Shown here: in pieces, positions 45,477 to 56,275 of the stretch | Layout of the letters: each line of letters opens with the position of its first letter | How positions within the stretch are numbered: the first letter of the stretch is position 1 | From: Polyangiaceae bacterium | GTDB lineage: Bacteria; Myxococcota_A; Polyangia; Polyangiales; Polyangiaceae | Length of the DNA stretch: 64,000 bases | Assembly (NCBI GenBank): GCA_035063585.1 | Contig: JAPSGB010000002.1 | Location: 96,001-160,000, forward strand | Direction of reading: 5' to 3' | Notes under the pieces: generated by a model | Seen by the model: the letters and a program-made list of their open reading frames with translations, nothing else | What the model was told of the DNA's origin: nothing | Database searches by the model: none | Made by a program: the position numbers and the translations under genes

Positions 45477-46460
45477 ATGAGAAGCTTCCTCGGGCTCGCC
45501 TGCGTCTTCGCCGCGTTCACACTCGCCGCCTGCGGCGTAAATAGCGCGGGCGCGGGCGGCAGCGCCGGAGACACCGGGAGTGGAGGCGGCGCGGGCAGCG
45601 GCGCGGGCGGCGCGGGCGGCAACGGCGCGGGCGGCAACGGCGCGGGCGGCAACGGCGCGGGCGGCAACACGAGTGGTGGCGGCGGCTCGTTCAACCTGGC
45701 TGGAGCGGGAGGCACGAGCGGTAGCCCCGAGGTCTGCGACGGCGTCGACAACGACGGCAACGGCATCGTCGATGACGTCGACGTCGGGGGTGACGGGGTC
45801 TGCGACTGCCTCCTCATCGCCACGCTCGGGGTGCCGGGGACCTGGGGCCAAGGCGACGTCTTCGCGACCTGGCTCGACTCCCGGAGCGACGTCGGCGCGG
45901 TGAGCCTGAACGCTCAGCTGCTCACGAGAGAGTTGCTCGAAAAATATGACGTCGTCGTCGCCGAGGACTTGAGCAAGATGGGGCGCGGCTACTCACCTGC
46001 GGAGGTACAGGCGCTCGCCGACTGGGTACGCGCGGGCGGCGGGCTCATGACGCTCATCGGCTACGCGGACCCGAGCGAAATCGCGAACGCAAACCTCCTG
46101 CTCGGCGCGTACGGCATGAGCTACGGCAGCCAGCAGATCCTCGCCAAACCCGACAGCACGAGCACGGTGCCCATCACCCAGTGGGTCGCCCATCCGGTGA
46201 CGGACGGGATCACTCGGATCGGCGTCGACAACGGGTATCCGGTGAACGGCGGGACGACACTCGCGACCGAGCAGGGCTGGAACGTCCTCGCGGTGAGCGA
46301 GCTCTCGAAGGGGCACGTCCTCATGTGGGGTGATGAGTGGATCACCTACAACAGCGAGTGGAGTGAGCATCCAGACTACCAGGTCGAGCGCTTCTGGCTG
46401 AACGCGATCAAGTGGCTGACGCGCGAGAGCCGATGCCAGGTGCCCATCCCACCGAAGTGA
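45477..46460 (+). CDS. Lipoprotein with Gly-rich linker, MopE-like putative metal-binding motif and a GATase-like/DUF4350-like domain
   Basis: Lipobox LAAC; EVCDGVDNDGNGIVDD; EVQALADWVRAGGGL, ANLLLGAYG, HPVTDGI, GHVLMWGD. Confidence 0.8.
   Translation: MRSFLGLACVFAAFTLAACGVNSAGAGGSAGDTGSGGGAGSGAGGAGGNGAGGNGAGGNGAGGNTSGGGGSFNLAGAGGTSGSPEVCDGVDNDGNGIVDDVDVGGDGVCDCLLIATLGVPGTWGQGDVFATWLDSRSDVGAVSLNAQLLTRELLEKYDVVVAEDLSKMGRGYSPAEVQALADWVRAGGGLMTLIGYADPSEIANANLLLGAYGMSYGSQQILAKPDSTSTVPITQWVAHPVTDGITRIGVDNGYPVNGGTTLATEQGWNVLAVSELSKGHVLMWGDEWITYNSEWSEHPDYQVERFWLNAIKWLTRESRCQVPIPPK
45609..45668 (+). repeat. 15-bp perfect tandem repeat x4 (GAGGN)
   Basis: GGCGCGGGCGGCAAC x4. Confidence 0.9.
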
Positions 46461-48985
46461 GCGGAGCCGAGCGCCGGGCGTCCGTGCTGGCCGCCGGCCT
46501 CGACAGCGCGGAGGCGGCTCGCCGACTCGCAGAGCACGGCCCGAACCAGCTTGCTCCGCGCCGCCCACGCGCGGCAGCGCAGCTGCTCGCGCGCTTCCGC
46601 AGCCCGTTGGTCCTCATCCTCCTCGCGGCGAGCGTCATCTCTACCTTCACGGGCGACACCCCGAGCGCGCTGATCGTGGGTGTGATCGTGCTCCTCTCGG
46701 TGCTGCTCGATTTCGTGCAGGAGCACCGCGCAAGTCAGGCGGCAGAACGCCTGGCCGAGCAGGTCGCGCTGGTCGTCAGGGTGCTGCGCGACGGACGCCC
46801 GGTGGAGCGCCCCGCGGTCGACCTGGCGCCGGGCGACGTGGTGCTCTTGGCTGCCGGTGATCTCGTGCCCGCCGATGGTCACCTGTTGGAGGCCCGCGAC
46901 TTCTTCGTGAATCAGGCCGCGCTCACCGGCGAGCCTTACCCCGTGGAGCGCCGCGCAGCCCAGGTGCCCGACGGCGCACCGTGGAGCTCGGACGATGTGA
47001 GCGCAGTCGCCATGGGAAGCTCGGTGGTCAGCGGTTCGGGGCGCCTGCTCGTCGAGCACACCGGACGACGCACCGCGATGGGCCAGATTGCGACGAGCCT
47101 CGAGCGCCCTCCGCCTCCTACCGCGTTCGAGCTCGGGACCCGCCGCTTCGGGCTCCTCATCATGCGGCTGACGGTGCTCCTCGTGCTCTTCACGCTGCTC
47201 GTCAACACGGCGATGCACCGGCCGCTCCTCGACTCTTTCCTGTTCGCCGTCGCGCTCGCGGTCGGGCTCACGCCGGAGCTCCTCCCGATGGTCGTCTCGG
47301 TCACCCTGGCGCGTGGCGCGCTCCGGATGTCGAGGGCTCGCGTCATCGTCAAGCGCCTCTCGGCGATCCAGGACATGGGCGCCATGGACGTGCTCTGCAC
47401 GGACAAGACGGGAACGCTCACCCACGCGCGGATCCGCCTCGAACGTCACGTCGACGTCGAAGGGCGCGACAGCGCACGCGTGCACGAGCTCGCCTACCTG
47501 AACAGCTTCTTCGAGAGCGGCCTCGAGAGCCCGCTCGACGAGGCCATCCTCGCGCACGAGGCGGTCGACGTGAGCGGGTGGACCAAGCTCGACGAGGTGC
47601 CCTTCGATTTCGAGCGGCGACGCGTCTCGGTGCTGCTCGAGCGCGACGGCGAGCGCCTCTTGGTGCTCAAGGGCGCCCCGGAAGACGTCCTCGAGGCCTG
47701 CTCACTCTACGAGACGGGGACTCCTCGCGAGGGCAGCGACGGCCGGCCGCCGCCCGACCTGCTCGACGAGGTAGTTCGCGCGCGCATCCTGGCGAAGTTC
47801 GACGCGCTCGGTAGCGAGGGGTTCCGGGTGCTCGCCATCGCCTACAAGCACGGCCGGGAAGGCATGGTCACCGCCGCGGTGGGCGACGAGAGCGAGCTCG
47901 TGTTCGTCGGGTTCGCGGCCTTCCTGGATCCCCCGAAAGAGAGCGCTCGCACCGCGCTCGCTGCGTTCAGCGCGAACCGAGTCGCGGTGAAGATCTTGAC
48001 CGGCGACAACGAGCGGGTCACTCGCCACGTCTGCACGGAGCTCGGCATGCCCATCACCGGCGTGCTGCTGGGCGGCGAGATCGCGCAGATGAACGACGAC
48101 GCGCTCCGCGCACGGGTCGACGAGGTGAACCTGTTCTGTCGGGCCAACCCGCAACAGAAGAATCGAATACTCTTGGCGCTGAAGGCCCGCGGGCACGTGG
48201 TCGGTTACCTGGGTGACGGCATCAACGACGCGCCATCCCTGCATACCGCCGACGTCGGGATCTCGGTCGATGGGGCAGTGGCGGTCGCGCGTGCGGCAGC
48301 CGCCATGATCCTGCTCGACAATGACCTCAATGTGCTAGAGGCCGGGCTCCGCGAGGGGAGGCGGACCTTCGGTAACGTCATGAAGTACGTCATGATGGCT
48401 ACCAGCTCGAACTTCGGGAACATGTTCAGCATGGCGCTCGGCACCCTCGCCCTGCCCTTTCTGCCGATGCTCCCGACGCAGATCCTGCTCAACAACTTCC
48501 TCTATGATCTCTCAGAGCTCGCGCTCCCGCTCGACGAAGTGGACGCCGGCGAGCTCGAGCGCCCCGGCCGCTGGGACATGGATTTCATCCGCGACTTCAT
48601 GCTCCGAATCGGCCCGATCAGCTCGGCGTTCGATTTCGCGACCTTCTTCATCCTGCTGCGGGTGCTCGACGCGGGTCCGACCGAGTTCCGGACGGGCTGG
48701 TTCGTGGAGTCCTTGGCGACGCAGGTGCTCGTCATCTTCATCATCCGAACCCGCGGGAGCCCGCTCCGGAGCCGGCCGAACCGGTGGCTAGTCCTGTCCT
48801 CGCTCGGCGTCGTCGCGGTCGCCATCGCGCTGCCCTTCTCTCCACTCGCTCCGGTGCTCGGCTTCACGAGGCTCCCCGCAGAATACTTCATGCTCCTCGC
48901 GGGGCTGGTCCTCGCCTACCTGGCGCTGGTCGAGGGGGTGAAGCGACGGTTCTTCGCCGCGCGCCGCGAACGCGAGCCTGCCTAG
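46457..48985 (+). CDS. mgtA: Magnesium-translocating P-type ATPase
   Basis: LTGE, AVGLTPELLPM, DKTGTLT, PFDFERRR, DPPK, GDGINDAP, SSNFGNMFS, QILLNNFLYD, GWFVES; GTG start overlapping the upstream TGA. Confidence 0.93.
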   Translation: MSGAERRASVLAAGLDSAEAARRLAEHGPNQLAPRRPRAAAQLLARFRSPLVLILLAASVISTFTGDTPSALIVGVIVLLSVLLDFVQEHRASQAAERLAEQVALVVRVLRDGRPVERPAVDLAPGDVVLLAAGDLVPADGHLLEARDFFVNQAALTGEPYPVERRAAQVPDGAPWSSDDVSAVAMGSSVVSGSGRLLVEHTGRRTAMGQIATSLERPPPPTAFELGTRRFGLLIMRLTVLLVLFTLLVNTAMHRPLLDSFLFAVALAVGLTPELLPMVVSVTLARGALRMSRARVIVKRLSAIQDMGAMDVLCTDKTGTLTHARIRLERHVDVEGRDSARVHELAYLNSFFESGLESPLDEAILAHEAVDVSGWTKLDEVPFDFERRRVSVLLERDGERLLVLKGAPEDVLEACSLYETGTPREGSDGRPPPDLLDEVVRARILAKFDALGSEGFRVLAIAYKHGREGMVTAAVGDESELVFVGFAAFLDPPKESARTALAAFSANRVAVKILTGDNERVTRHVCTELGMPITGVLLGGEIAQMNDDALRARVDEVNLFCRANPQQKNRILLALKARGHVVGYLGDGINDAPSLHTADVGISVDGAVAVARAAAAMILLDNDLNVLEAGLREGRRTFGNVMKYVMMATSSNFGNMFSMALGTLALPFLPMLPTQILLNNFLYDLSELALPLDEVDAGELERPGRWDMDFIRDFMLRIGPISSAFDFATFFILLRVLDAGPTEFRTGWFVESLATQVLVIFIIRTRGSPLRSRPNRWLVLSSLGVVAVAIALPFSPLAPVLGFTRLPAEYFMLLAGLVLAYLALVEGVKRRFFAARREREPA

Positions 48986-49036
48986 CGTCGCTCGCGCGCG
49001 CCGGGCGCGCGCCCCCGCTGCCCGACGCGCCGCGCG

Positions 49037-50362
49037 TCAGAGCAGCGTGCCGCTCAGCACGACCTGGGCGACGCTGAAGTAGATGACGAGCCCGGCGACG
49101 TCGACCATCGTCGCGACGAAGGGCGCCGATGCGCTCGCTGGGTCGAAACCGAGCCGACGGAGCACGAACGGCAAGAGCGAACCGGACAGGGTGCCCCAGG
49201 TGACGACGCCGATCAGGCTCAGCGAGACGGTCAGCGCCACCTTCATGTAGTGCTCGCCGTAGCTGTGGAAGGCGACCTGCCAGAGGAGGATCCGCGCGAA
49301 GCCGATGGCGGCGAGGAGTAGCCCGAGCAGGACACCGGCACCGAGCTCGCGCCCGGCGATGCGCCACCAATCGCGGAGCCGCACCTCGTTCAGCGCCATC
49401 GCGCGGATCACGAGCGTGGAGGCCTGCGAGCCAGAATTTCCGCCGCTCGAGATGATGAGCGGGACGAACAGGGCGAGCACCACGGCCTTGGCGACCTCGT
49501 GCTCGTAGCGCCCCATGGCGGTCGCGGTGAACATCTCACCCACGAACAGCGCAGCCAGCCATCCGCCGCGCTTCTTCAACATGGTGAAGAGACCGGTCTG
49601 AAAATACGGCATGTCGAGGGCTTCCATGCCGCCGAGCTTCTGGATGTCTTCCGTCGCCTCTTCCTGGACGACGTCGACGATGTCATCGACCGTGACGATG
49701 CCCTTCATGTGGTTCTCGGCGTCGACGACGGGCACCGCGAAGAGGTCGTGTCGCGCCATGACGCGAGCGACGGCCTCCTGATCCATGTCCTCCAGGACCG
49801 ACACGAGGTCCGTCTCCATGACCTCCTCGACCCGCTTGTCGCCGCTCGCGCTGAACAGCCCGCGAAAGCTCACCACCCCGAGGAGCCGCTGCTCGCTGTC
49901 GAGGATGTACGCGTAGTAGATGGTCTCCAGCTGATCGTGCGCTTGGCGGCGAAGGTAGCGAATCGCCTCGTCGACCGTCATATCGGGTCGGACCCGCGCG
50001 AAGCGCGGGTTCATGAGGCCGCCGGCATCATCCTCGGCGTACGCCATCAGCGCCGTCACCTCGCGGCGCACCGCCTCGTCGAGGAGCGCGAGGTAGCCGG
50101 GCCGTTCCTCGGGCTCGAGCTCGTGGAGGACGTCGGCCGCGTCGTCCGGCGCGAGCGAGCGCATCCAGAGGCGCCGCTGTCCCGGCGGGAGCTCCTCGAG
50201 CACGCTCGCCTGGCTAAACGAAGACAGGCTCAGGAAGAAGTCCTCGGCGTCCTCGGGCGCGAGGAGCTGAAAGCCCTCGGCGCGCTCGTCGGGCGGCAAG
50301 ATGGGCCAGACCTCCCGGAGCTCCTCCACCCGAAGGCGGTCACGCGAATCGGCCCACGCCAT
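49037..50362 (-). CDS. mgtE: Magnesium transporter MgtE
   Basis: PDDAAD, AGGLM, CBS pair, GIVTVDD, EEATED, PLIISSGGNSGSQ, DPASASAPFVATMVD. Confidence 0.95.
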   Translation of the reverse strand: MAWADSRDRLRVEELREVWPILPPDERAEGFQLLAPEDAEDFFLSLSSFSQASVLEELPPGQRRLWMRSLAPDDAADVLHELEPEERPGYLALLDEAVRREVTALMAYAEDDAGGLMNPRFARVRPDMTVDEAIRYLRRQAHDQLETIYYAYILDSEQRLLGVVSFRGLFSASGDKRVEEVMETDLVSVLEDMDQEAVARVMARHDLFAVPVVDAENHMKGIVTVDDIVDVVQEEATEDIQKLGGMEALDMPYFQTGLFTMLKKRGGWLAALFVGEMFTATAMGRYEHEVAKAVVLALFVPLIISSGGNSGSQASTLVIRAMALNEVRLRDWWRIAGRELGAGVLLGLLLAAIGFARILLWQVAFHSYGEHYMKVALTVSLSLIGVVTWGTLSGSLLPFVLRRLGFDPASASAPFVATMVDVAGLVIYFSVAQVVLSGTLL

Positions 50363-50557
50363 GACATCACCTGAGCGCCGCTGGAGCGCCCGGCCGGCGC
50401 CCATGGACGGCGAGCACGCCTAACCCCTGAGCGCCGTGAAGGCAAGCGAAGAGCCCGGAGCCTCCAAGATTCGCGAGCCCTCGTCGTGAGAAATGTGCCG
50501 GGGAAATAGTGGACTTGAGCTTCTCATTGCGTATGGTTCGAGGCTGGAGGACTCGAA

Positions 50558-51442
50558 ATGAAGCAACTTCTTACTACTTTCACGCTCATCACCGCAGCCG
50601 GAGCCTGGAGCTCGGCCGCTCGCGCGGACGAGCTGCCGACCGGACTCGTCAACCAAGATCCTGCGAGCGCCGGGGCGACCGACGTCGGCGGGGGCGGGTT
50701 CGGAGAGGCGACCAAGCCGGACGAGGACAAAGACGCCACGCAGGCAGAGATCAGCGCGGGAGCCCTCGTCACTTCGGGCAACTCGCGGCAGATGGCCCTC
50801 ACCAGCGCCGGCAAGTTCAGGCTCCGCCGCAGCGCCCACCAGTTCTCCACGCAAGCCGCCGGAAACCTGGCGCGCGCCGCCGCGCCCGGCACGGACGCCG
50901 GCATGGAGACCACCGTAGAGAACCTGCAGGGGCGCGTTCGATACGACTACTTCTTCTCGTCCGCCTTCTCGGGGTTCCTCGGCGTAGTGGGCCGGCGTGA
51001 CCGCTTCCAGGGCTTGAACCTACGCCTCAACGTGGATCCCGGCGTCGCCTACTACGCCATCGACGAGGCACAGCAGCAGTTCTGGTTCGAGCTCGGCTAC
51101 GATCTGCAGCACGACATTCGGCGAGACGAGGCGCTGGCAGTGGCGCTCGCGGACGGCGAGGTCCTCGCCAAGACCGAGACGCGCCACAGCGGCCGCGCCT
51201 TCATCGGCTACGAGAACAAGCTGAACGAGCGCGTTACCGGCTCGACCGGGCTCGAGTATCTGCAGAGCGTCCAGGATTCGAGCAAATGGCGAATGAACTG
51301 GGACGCCGCGATCACCTCGAACATCGCCGGGAAGTTCTCGACCGCGATCACCTTCAGCTTGAGGTACGACCACGAGCCGCTGCCGGGCATCCAGAATACG
51401 GACATCTTGACGTCGTTCAACCTGGTCTACGGGCTCCTCTGA
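50558..51442 (+). CDS. DUF481/YdiY-like outer-membrane beta-barrel protein
   Basis: Signal peptide; TSGNS, RYDYFFS, RDRFQGL, GVAYY, LRYDHEP..TDILT..LVY; GGAGG RBS. Confidence 0.8.
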   Translation: MKQLLTTFTLITAAGAWSSAARADELPTGLVNQDPASAGATDVGGGGFGEATKPDEDKDATQAEISAGALVTSGNSRQMALTSAGKFRLRRSAHQFSTQAAGNLARAAAPGTDAGMETTVENLQGRVRYDYFFSSAFSGFLGVVGRRDRFQGLNLRLNVDPGVAYYAIDEAQQQFWFELGYDLQHDIRRDEALAVALADGEVLAKTETRHSGRAFIGYENKLNERVTGSTGLEYLQSVQDSSKWRMNWDAAITSNIAGKFSTAITFSLRYDHEPLPGIQNTDILTSFNLVYGLL

Positions 51443-51587
51443 GCTGCGGCGGGCGCACCGAAGGGCCAGGAGTGGTCGACGTCACTTACATTCACCGATC
51501 GACGTCGTCGTCCCTACCATCGAGCGAGCGTGCGCCGGGCGCGGCCCGCAGGAGCCCGCGCCTCGGCGAGAGCGTCGCGCCCTGGCG

Positions 51588-54500
51588 TCACGTCGCGGCG
51601 CGCCGCCGGCCGAGCCGCTCTAGCCCCCACTCTCGCATCCGCTCCATGAACACGTAGAACACCGGCGTCACGTAGAGCGTCAGCATCTGCGAGAAAATCA
51701 GGCCGCCCACCACGGCGAGCCCGAGCGGACGGCGAGACTCGGCGCCCGCCCCCAGCCCGAGCGCAATGGGCAGCGTCCCGAAGAGCGCCGCCATGGTGGT
51801 CATCATGATGGGGCGGAAGCGCACCATGCACGCCTCATGGATGGCGTCCGCTGCGGACTTCTGCGGGTCCTTCTGCGCCTCGACCGCGAAGTCCACCATC
51901 ATGATGCCGTTCTTCTTCACCAGGCCTACCAGCATGATGACGCCGACGAACGCGTACACGTTCAAATCGACGTGGAAGAGCATGAGGGTGGCGACCGCGC
52001 CGAACCCCGCGAACGGGAGCGCGCTCAAGATGGTGAGCGGATGGATGAAGCTCTCGTAGAGGATGCCGAGGACCAGATAGATGATGAAAATGGTGACGAT
52101 GAGGAGCATCCCGAGGCCGCTCAACGAAGACTGGAACGCCTCGGCCTCGCCCTGAAACTTGGTGGTGATCCCAGCCGGCATCACCCGGAGCGCCGCCGCG
52201 TTCACCCCCGCCACGGCCTCGCTGAGCCCGTGCCCTGGCTCGAGGTTGAACGAAATCGTGACCGCGGGGAGCTGCCCCGCGTGGTTCACCGACAACGGCC
52301 CGACCCCGCGGCCCACCTTCGCGAAGCTGCGGAGCGGGACCAAGTCGCCGGTCGACGCGCGGACGTACAGCTTGTCGAGCGAGGCCGGCTCGTCTTGATG
52401 CGAAGGGTCGACCTCCAAGATGACCTGGTAGGTGTTGGTCGGCGCGTAGATGCTGCTGACCTGCCGCACGCCGTAGGCGCTGTAGAGCGCGTCCTCGGTC
52501 TGCGCGGCGGTGAGCCCGAGCGCGGCGGCGCGGTCCCGATCGATCTCGACTTCGAGCTCGGGGTTCTTGATCTGGATGTCGGTCGCGATGTCACGAACCC
52601 CCGGGATCTTCTTCATCTCTTCCGCGAGCACCGGCCCGTATTGGTAGAGGTCCTGCGGGTTCGGCCCTTGCAGCGTCACCTGGTACTGGCTGCGCGTGAG
52701 CGTGCCGCCGATGCGAATCGCCGGCGGCACTTGGATGTACGCGCGCATCCCGGGGACTTGGCCCATCTTGGCGCGAAGCCGGGCGATGACCGCGTTGATG
52801 TCCCCGCGCTCCTTTTTCGACTTCAGCGTGAGGAACATCATGCCCGAGTTCGAGCCGCCGATGGTGCCGCGCGAGCCCACGCTCGACATGTAGTTCTCGA
52901 CCGCCGGATCGTCGTCGACGATCTTGGTGAGCTGAAGCTGACGCTCCTTCACCTGGCCGAAGGAGATCCCCTCGACCGCCTCGGTCATGATGAAGATCTG
53001 GTTGGTATCCTCGGTCGGCAAGAACCCCTTCGGGATCTTCACGAAGAGGATCCCCGTGGCGGCGAGGACGCCCGCGGAGAACGCGAACGTGAGGAAGCGA
53101 TGCCGGAGCACGACCCGGAGCGTCCGGTCGTAGAAGTGAAGCACCGCGTCGAACGCTCGCTCGACGGCCTGATAGGCCACGCCGTGCGAGCCGTGCGCGC
53201 CTCGCACGAAGCGCGCCGCGAGCATCGGCGTGAGGGTGAGCGAGACGAACCCGCTCACCAGGATCGCGACCGCGATGGTGACCGCGAACTCCTTGAAGAG
53301 CCGCCCGAGGATCCCTCCCATGAAGAGGAACGGAATGAACACCGCGACCAGCGAGATGGTCATGCTGAGGATGGTGAAGCCAATCTCCTTCGACCCCTCG
53401 AGCGCCGCTTCCATGGGCTTCTTGCCCAGCTCCATGTGGCGCACGACGTTCTCGAGCATGACGATCGCGTCATCCACCACGAAGCCCACGCTCAGCGTGA
53501 GCGCCATCAACGAGAGGTTGTCGAGGCTGTAGCCGAGCAGGTACATCACCGAGAAGGTGCCGACGATGGCGAGCGGCATCGCCAGGCTCGGGATCACGGT
53601 CGCCGAGAGCTTCCTCAGGAAGAGGAAGATCACCATCACGACCAGCCCCAAGGTAAGGAGCAGGGTGAACTGCACGTCCGCCACGGACTCCTCGACCGTC
53701 AGCGAGCGATCGTAGAGCGTCCTCAGCTCCACCGAGCCCGGGAGCTCCGCGCGGAACGCCGGTATCAGCTTCTTGATCGCCTCGGAGACCTCCACCGTGT
53801 TGGCGCCGGGCTGCTTCTGCACGGCGAGCACCACGGCGCGCTTGCCGCGGCTCCAGGCGGCGGTCTTGTCGTTCTCGACGCTGTCGGTGGCCGAGCCGAG
53901 ATCTTGGATACGGACGGGCTTGCCGTCGCGCCAGGAGACGATGACCGGACGGTACGCGGCGGCGTCGGTGAGCTGGCCGTTCGCCTGGATGGTGTACGCC
54001 TTCGAGTCGCTGTAGAGCGTCCCCGTCGGCATGTTGACGTTGGCGCCGCGGAGGGCGCTCGCGACCTCGTCGAGGCCGATGCCACGGTTCGAGAGCGCAT
54101 CCGGGTCGACGCGGATCCTGACCGCGTACTTCATCGAGCCGTAGACCTGGACCTGCGCGACTCCCTTCACGGTGGAGATGCGCTGAGCCATGTTGGTCTC
54201 GGCGAACTCATCGACCGTGTAGAGCGGCAGCGTGTCGCTGCTGAGCGCGAGGTAAAGGACGGGTTGATCCGCCGGGTTTACCTTGCGGTAGTAGGGCGGC
54301 GTCGGCATATCGAGCGGGAGCCGCGGTGCCGAGCGCGAGATGGCGGCCTGAACGTCGAGCGCGGCGGAGTCGAGGTCGCGCGAGGTGTCGAACTGAAGGG
54401 TGATCGAGGTCCCGCCGAGCGAGCTCGTCGAGGTCATCGAATCGAGCCCGTCGATGGTCGTGAACTCCTTCTCGAGCGGCGTCGCCACCGACGCCGCCAT

Positions 54501-54674
54501 CGTCTCCGGGCTCGCCCCGGGGAGGGACGCCTGCACCAAGATGGTCGGGAAGTCGACGTTCGGCAGCGCGCTCACCGGCAGCCGGAAATACGAGAGGATG
54601 CCGAACAGCAGGATACCGAGCATCACCAGCGTGGTGGCGACCGGCCGCTTGATGAAGAGCTCGGAGACGTTCAC
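51588..54674 (-). CDS. RND efflux permease (AcrB/MdtBC-like)
   Basis: FIKRPVATTL, ALPNVDFPTI, GFVVDDAIVMLEN, GLVKKNGIMMVDFA, RFRPIMMTT. Confidence 0.96.
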   Translation of the reverse strand: MNVSELFIKRPVATTLVMLGILLFGILSYFRLPVSALPNVDFPTILVQASLPGASPETMAASVATPLEKEFTTIDGLDSMTSTSSLGGTSITLQFDTSRDLDSAALDVQAAISRSAPRLPLDMPTPPYYRKVNPADQPVLYLALSSDTLPLYTVDEFAETNMAQRISTVKGVAQVQVYGSMKYAVRIRVDPDALSNRGIGLDEVASALRGANVNMPTGTLYSDSKAYTIQANGQLTDAAAYRPVIVSWRDGKPVRIQDLGSATDSVENDKTAAWSRGKRAVVLAVQKQPGANTVEVSEAIKKLIPAFRAELPGSVELRTLYDRSLTVEESVADVQFTLLLTLGLVVMVIFLFLRKLSATVIPSLAMPLAIVGTFSVMYLLGYSLDNLSLMALTLSVGFVVDDAIVMLENVVRHMELGKKPMEAALEGSKEIGFTILSMTISLVAVFIPFLFMGGILGRLFKEFAVTIAVAILVSGFVSLTLTPMLAARFVRGAHGSHGVAYQAVERAFDAVLHFYDRTLRVVLRHRFLTFAFSAGVLAATGILFVKIPKGFLPTEDTNQIFIMTEAVEGISFGQVKERQLQLTKIVDDDPAVENYMSSVGSRGTIGGSNSGMMFLTLKSKKERGDINAVIARLRAKMGQVPGMRAYIQVPPAIRIGGTLTRSQYQVTLQGPNPQDLYQYGPVLAEEMKKIPGVRDIATDIQIKNPELEVEIDRDRAAALGLTAAQTEDALYSAYGVRQVSSIYAPTNTYQVILEVDPSHQDEPASLDKLYVRASTGDLVPLRSFAKVGRGVGPLSVNHAGQLPAVTISFNLEPGHGLSEAVAGVNAAALRVMPAGITTKFQGEAEAFQSSLSGLGMLLIVTIFIIYLVLGILYESFIHPLTILSALPFAGFGAVATLMLFHVDLNVYAFVGVIMLVGLVKKNGIMMVDFAVEAQKDPQKSAADAIHEACMVRFRPIMMTTMAALFGTLPIALGLGAGAESRRPLGLAVVGGLIFSQMLTLYVTPVFYVFMERMREWGLERLGRRRAAT

Positions 54675-55909
54675 GGCTTGCCTCCGCCCGCGGGCGGCGG
54701 AGGTGCCTTCTCGGGGCCGGCCTTGGCGTCAGCAGCGACCGGCGCGGCAGGCTCGGCGGGCGCCGACAGCGACGGTGGCTGGGCGCTCTTGAGCACGACC
54801 GGCGCGCCGGGGAAGAGCCTCACCTGACCATCGACGACCACCCGCTCTCCGGGCTTCACGCCGCTCTCGAGCACGATCTCTCGGCCCACTTGCCGATCGA
54901 CCTTCACCGGACGGAGGACGGCCTTGTCGTCGGACCCGACGACGAACACGTGGTCTCCGTTCTGCCCGGCCTGGATGGCCGACTCGGGAACGACCAAGGC
55001 GCTCTCTTGCTCCGAGAGGCGGAGCGAGACGTCCACGAACTGGCCGGGCCAGAGCCGCTCGTCCTGATTCGGGAACTCGGCCTTGAGGGCGATGGTGCCC
55101 GTCGCAGTATCGACCGTGTTCTCGACGAAGGTGAGCTTGCCCTCGGCCGGTGTGCCGCGATCGTGCCGCGGCCGCGCCTCCACCAGCAGTGTCCCCGCGC
55201 TCATTCGCTCGCGAATCCTCGAGAGGTACTTCTCGGGCACCGCGAAGCGAACGTAGATGGGCTTCATCGCGCGAATGATCACCAGGGGCTGGCTCCCCGG
55301 CGCGACCACGTTCCCCGCGTGCACCAAGAGCGAGCCCGCCCTGCCCGCGATGGGTGAGCGAATGGTGGCATAGCTGACGCTGATGCTCGCGCCCGCGACC
55401 GCCGCGCGGTCGGCGGCCAAGGTCGCGTCCGCGGCCTCGGCGTTGGCGTTCGCCTGATCGAGATCCGCCTGCGTCGCGAGCCCTTCCTTCACGAGCTTCG
55501 CGGTGCGGTCCGCCTGGTCATGCGCCTGCTTCGCGAGCGCCTTGTCACGCGTGACCCGCGCCGCCGCCTCGCTCAGGGTCGCTCGGTACGGTCGCGTGTC
55601 GATCGTGAAGAGGAGCTCGTCCTTCTTGACCGTGGCACCCTCCTCGAAGTGCACCTTGGTGATCGCACCGCCGACCTGCGGAAGCACCGAGACCGTCGTG
55701 TAGGCCTCGACGCCGCCGATCGCGTCGACCGTGACCGGCATCGACTTCGCTTCGACCGGCCCGAGGATGACTGGCGCGGGCGGCGGCGCTTGCCCGCCCC
55801 GGGCGTCGGCTTCCCCTCTGCAGGCAGAGCTCAGCGCGAGCGCCATGAAGAGCATCGCCGGCGCACCCAGCGCCCGGACGAATGCTGCGGAAATTGCAGT
55901 GCATCTCAC
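54671..55909 (-). CDS. RND membrane fusion protein (periplasmic adaptor)
   Basis: Lipobox SSAC; VGGAITKVHFEEG, IRSPIAGRAG, VDTATGTI, LWPGQFV, GERVVVDG; start uncertain (55909 GTG or 55855 ATG); overlaps the permease start. Confidence 0.92.
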   Translation of the reverse strand: MRCTAISAAFVRALGAPAMLFMALALSSACRGEADARGGQAPPPAPVILGPVEAKSMPVTVDAIGGVEAYTTVSVLPQVGGAITKVHFEEGATVKKDELLFTIDTRPYRATLSEAAARVTRDKALAKQAHDQADRTAKLVKEGLATQADLDQANANAEAADATLAADRAAVAGASISVSYATIRSPIAGRAGSLLVHAGNVVAPGSQPLVIIRAMKPIYVRFAVPEKYLSRIRERMSAGTLLVEARPRHDRGTPAEGKLTFVENTVDTATGTIALKAEFPNQDERLWPGQFVDVSLRLSEQESALVVPESAIQAGQNGDHVFVVGSDDKAVLRPVKVDRQVGREIVLESGVKPGERVVVDGQVRLFPGAPVVLKSAQPPSLSAPAEPAAPVAADAKAGPEKAPPPPAGGGKP

Positions 55910-56275
55910 GGATGGCTCGCAAGCTTTTGTACAATCCCGTCGCCATGTAAAGCCCCGCCCCGGGGCGTCGATCGCGCGAGCCTGCCTGACTCTGCGCGGC
56001 TTCGGGCGCGGCCGATCGATTCGCACCCCCTCACGCCGTCTCCCGCGAGCACGAGAGCGACGAGATGCTTCATGAAGAGGAGGGTTGGTCGGTTCGGCGC
56101 GAGGTCGTCACGGTGAGGGGTCGAGCGGTCGCTGAGATCGCCAGGTAGCGCACCTGGCTCGGCCACCTGACGACCAACGAGGTCGGCGCTCTGCTCGAGC
56201 GCATCATGCGCCGCATCGGCGAGCCCTCGCCGTGGAGCCTCGACGACGGCGCCAGCGACCCGGCTCGAGCGGCGC

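Noticed and set aside
55910..56275. Short ORFs between the MFP gene and nnrS
   Set aside because: No motif, RBS or codon pattern convincing enough; treated as intergenic
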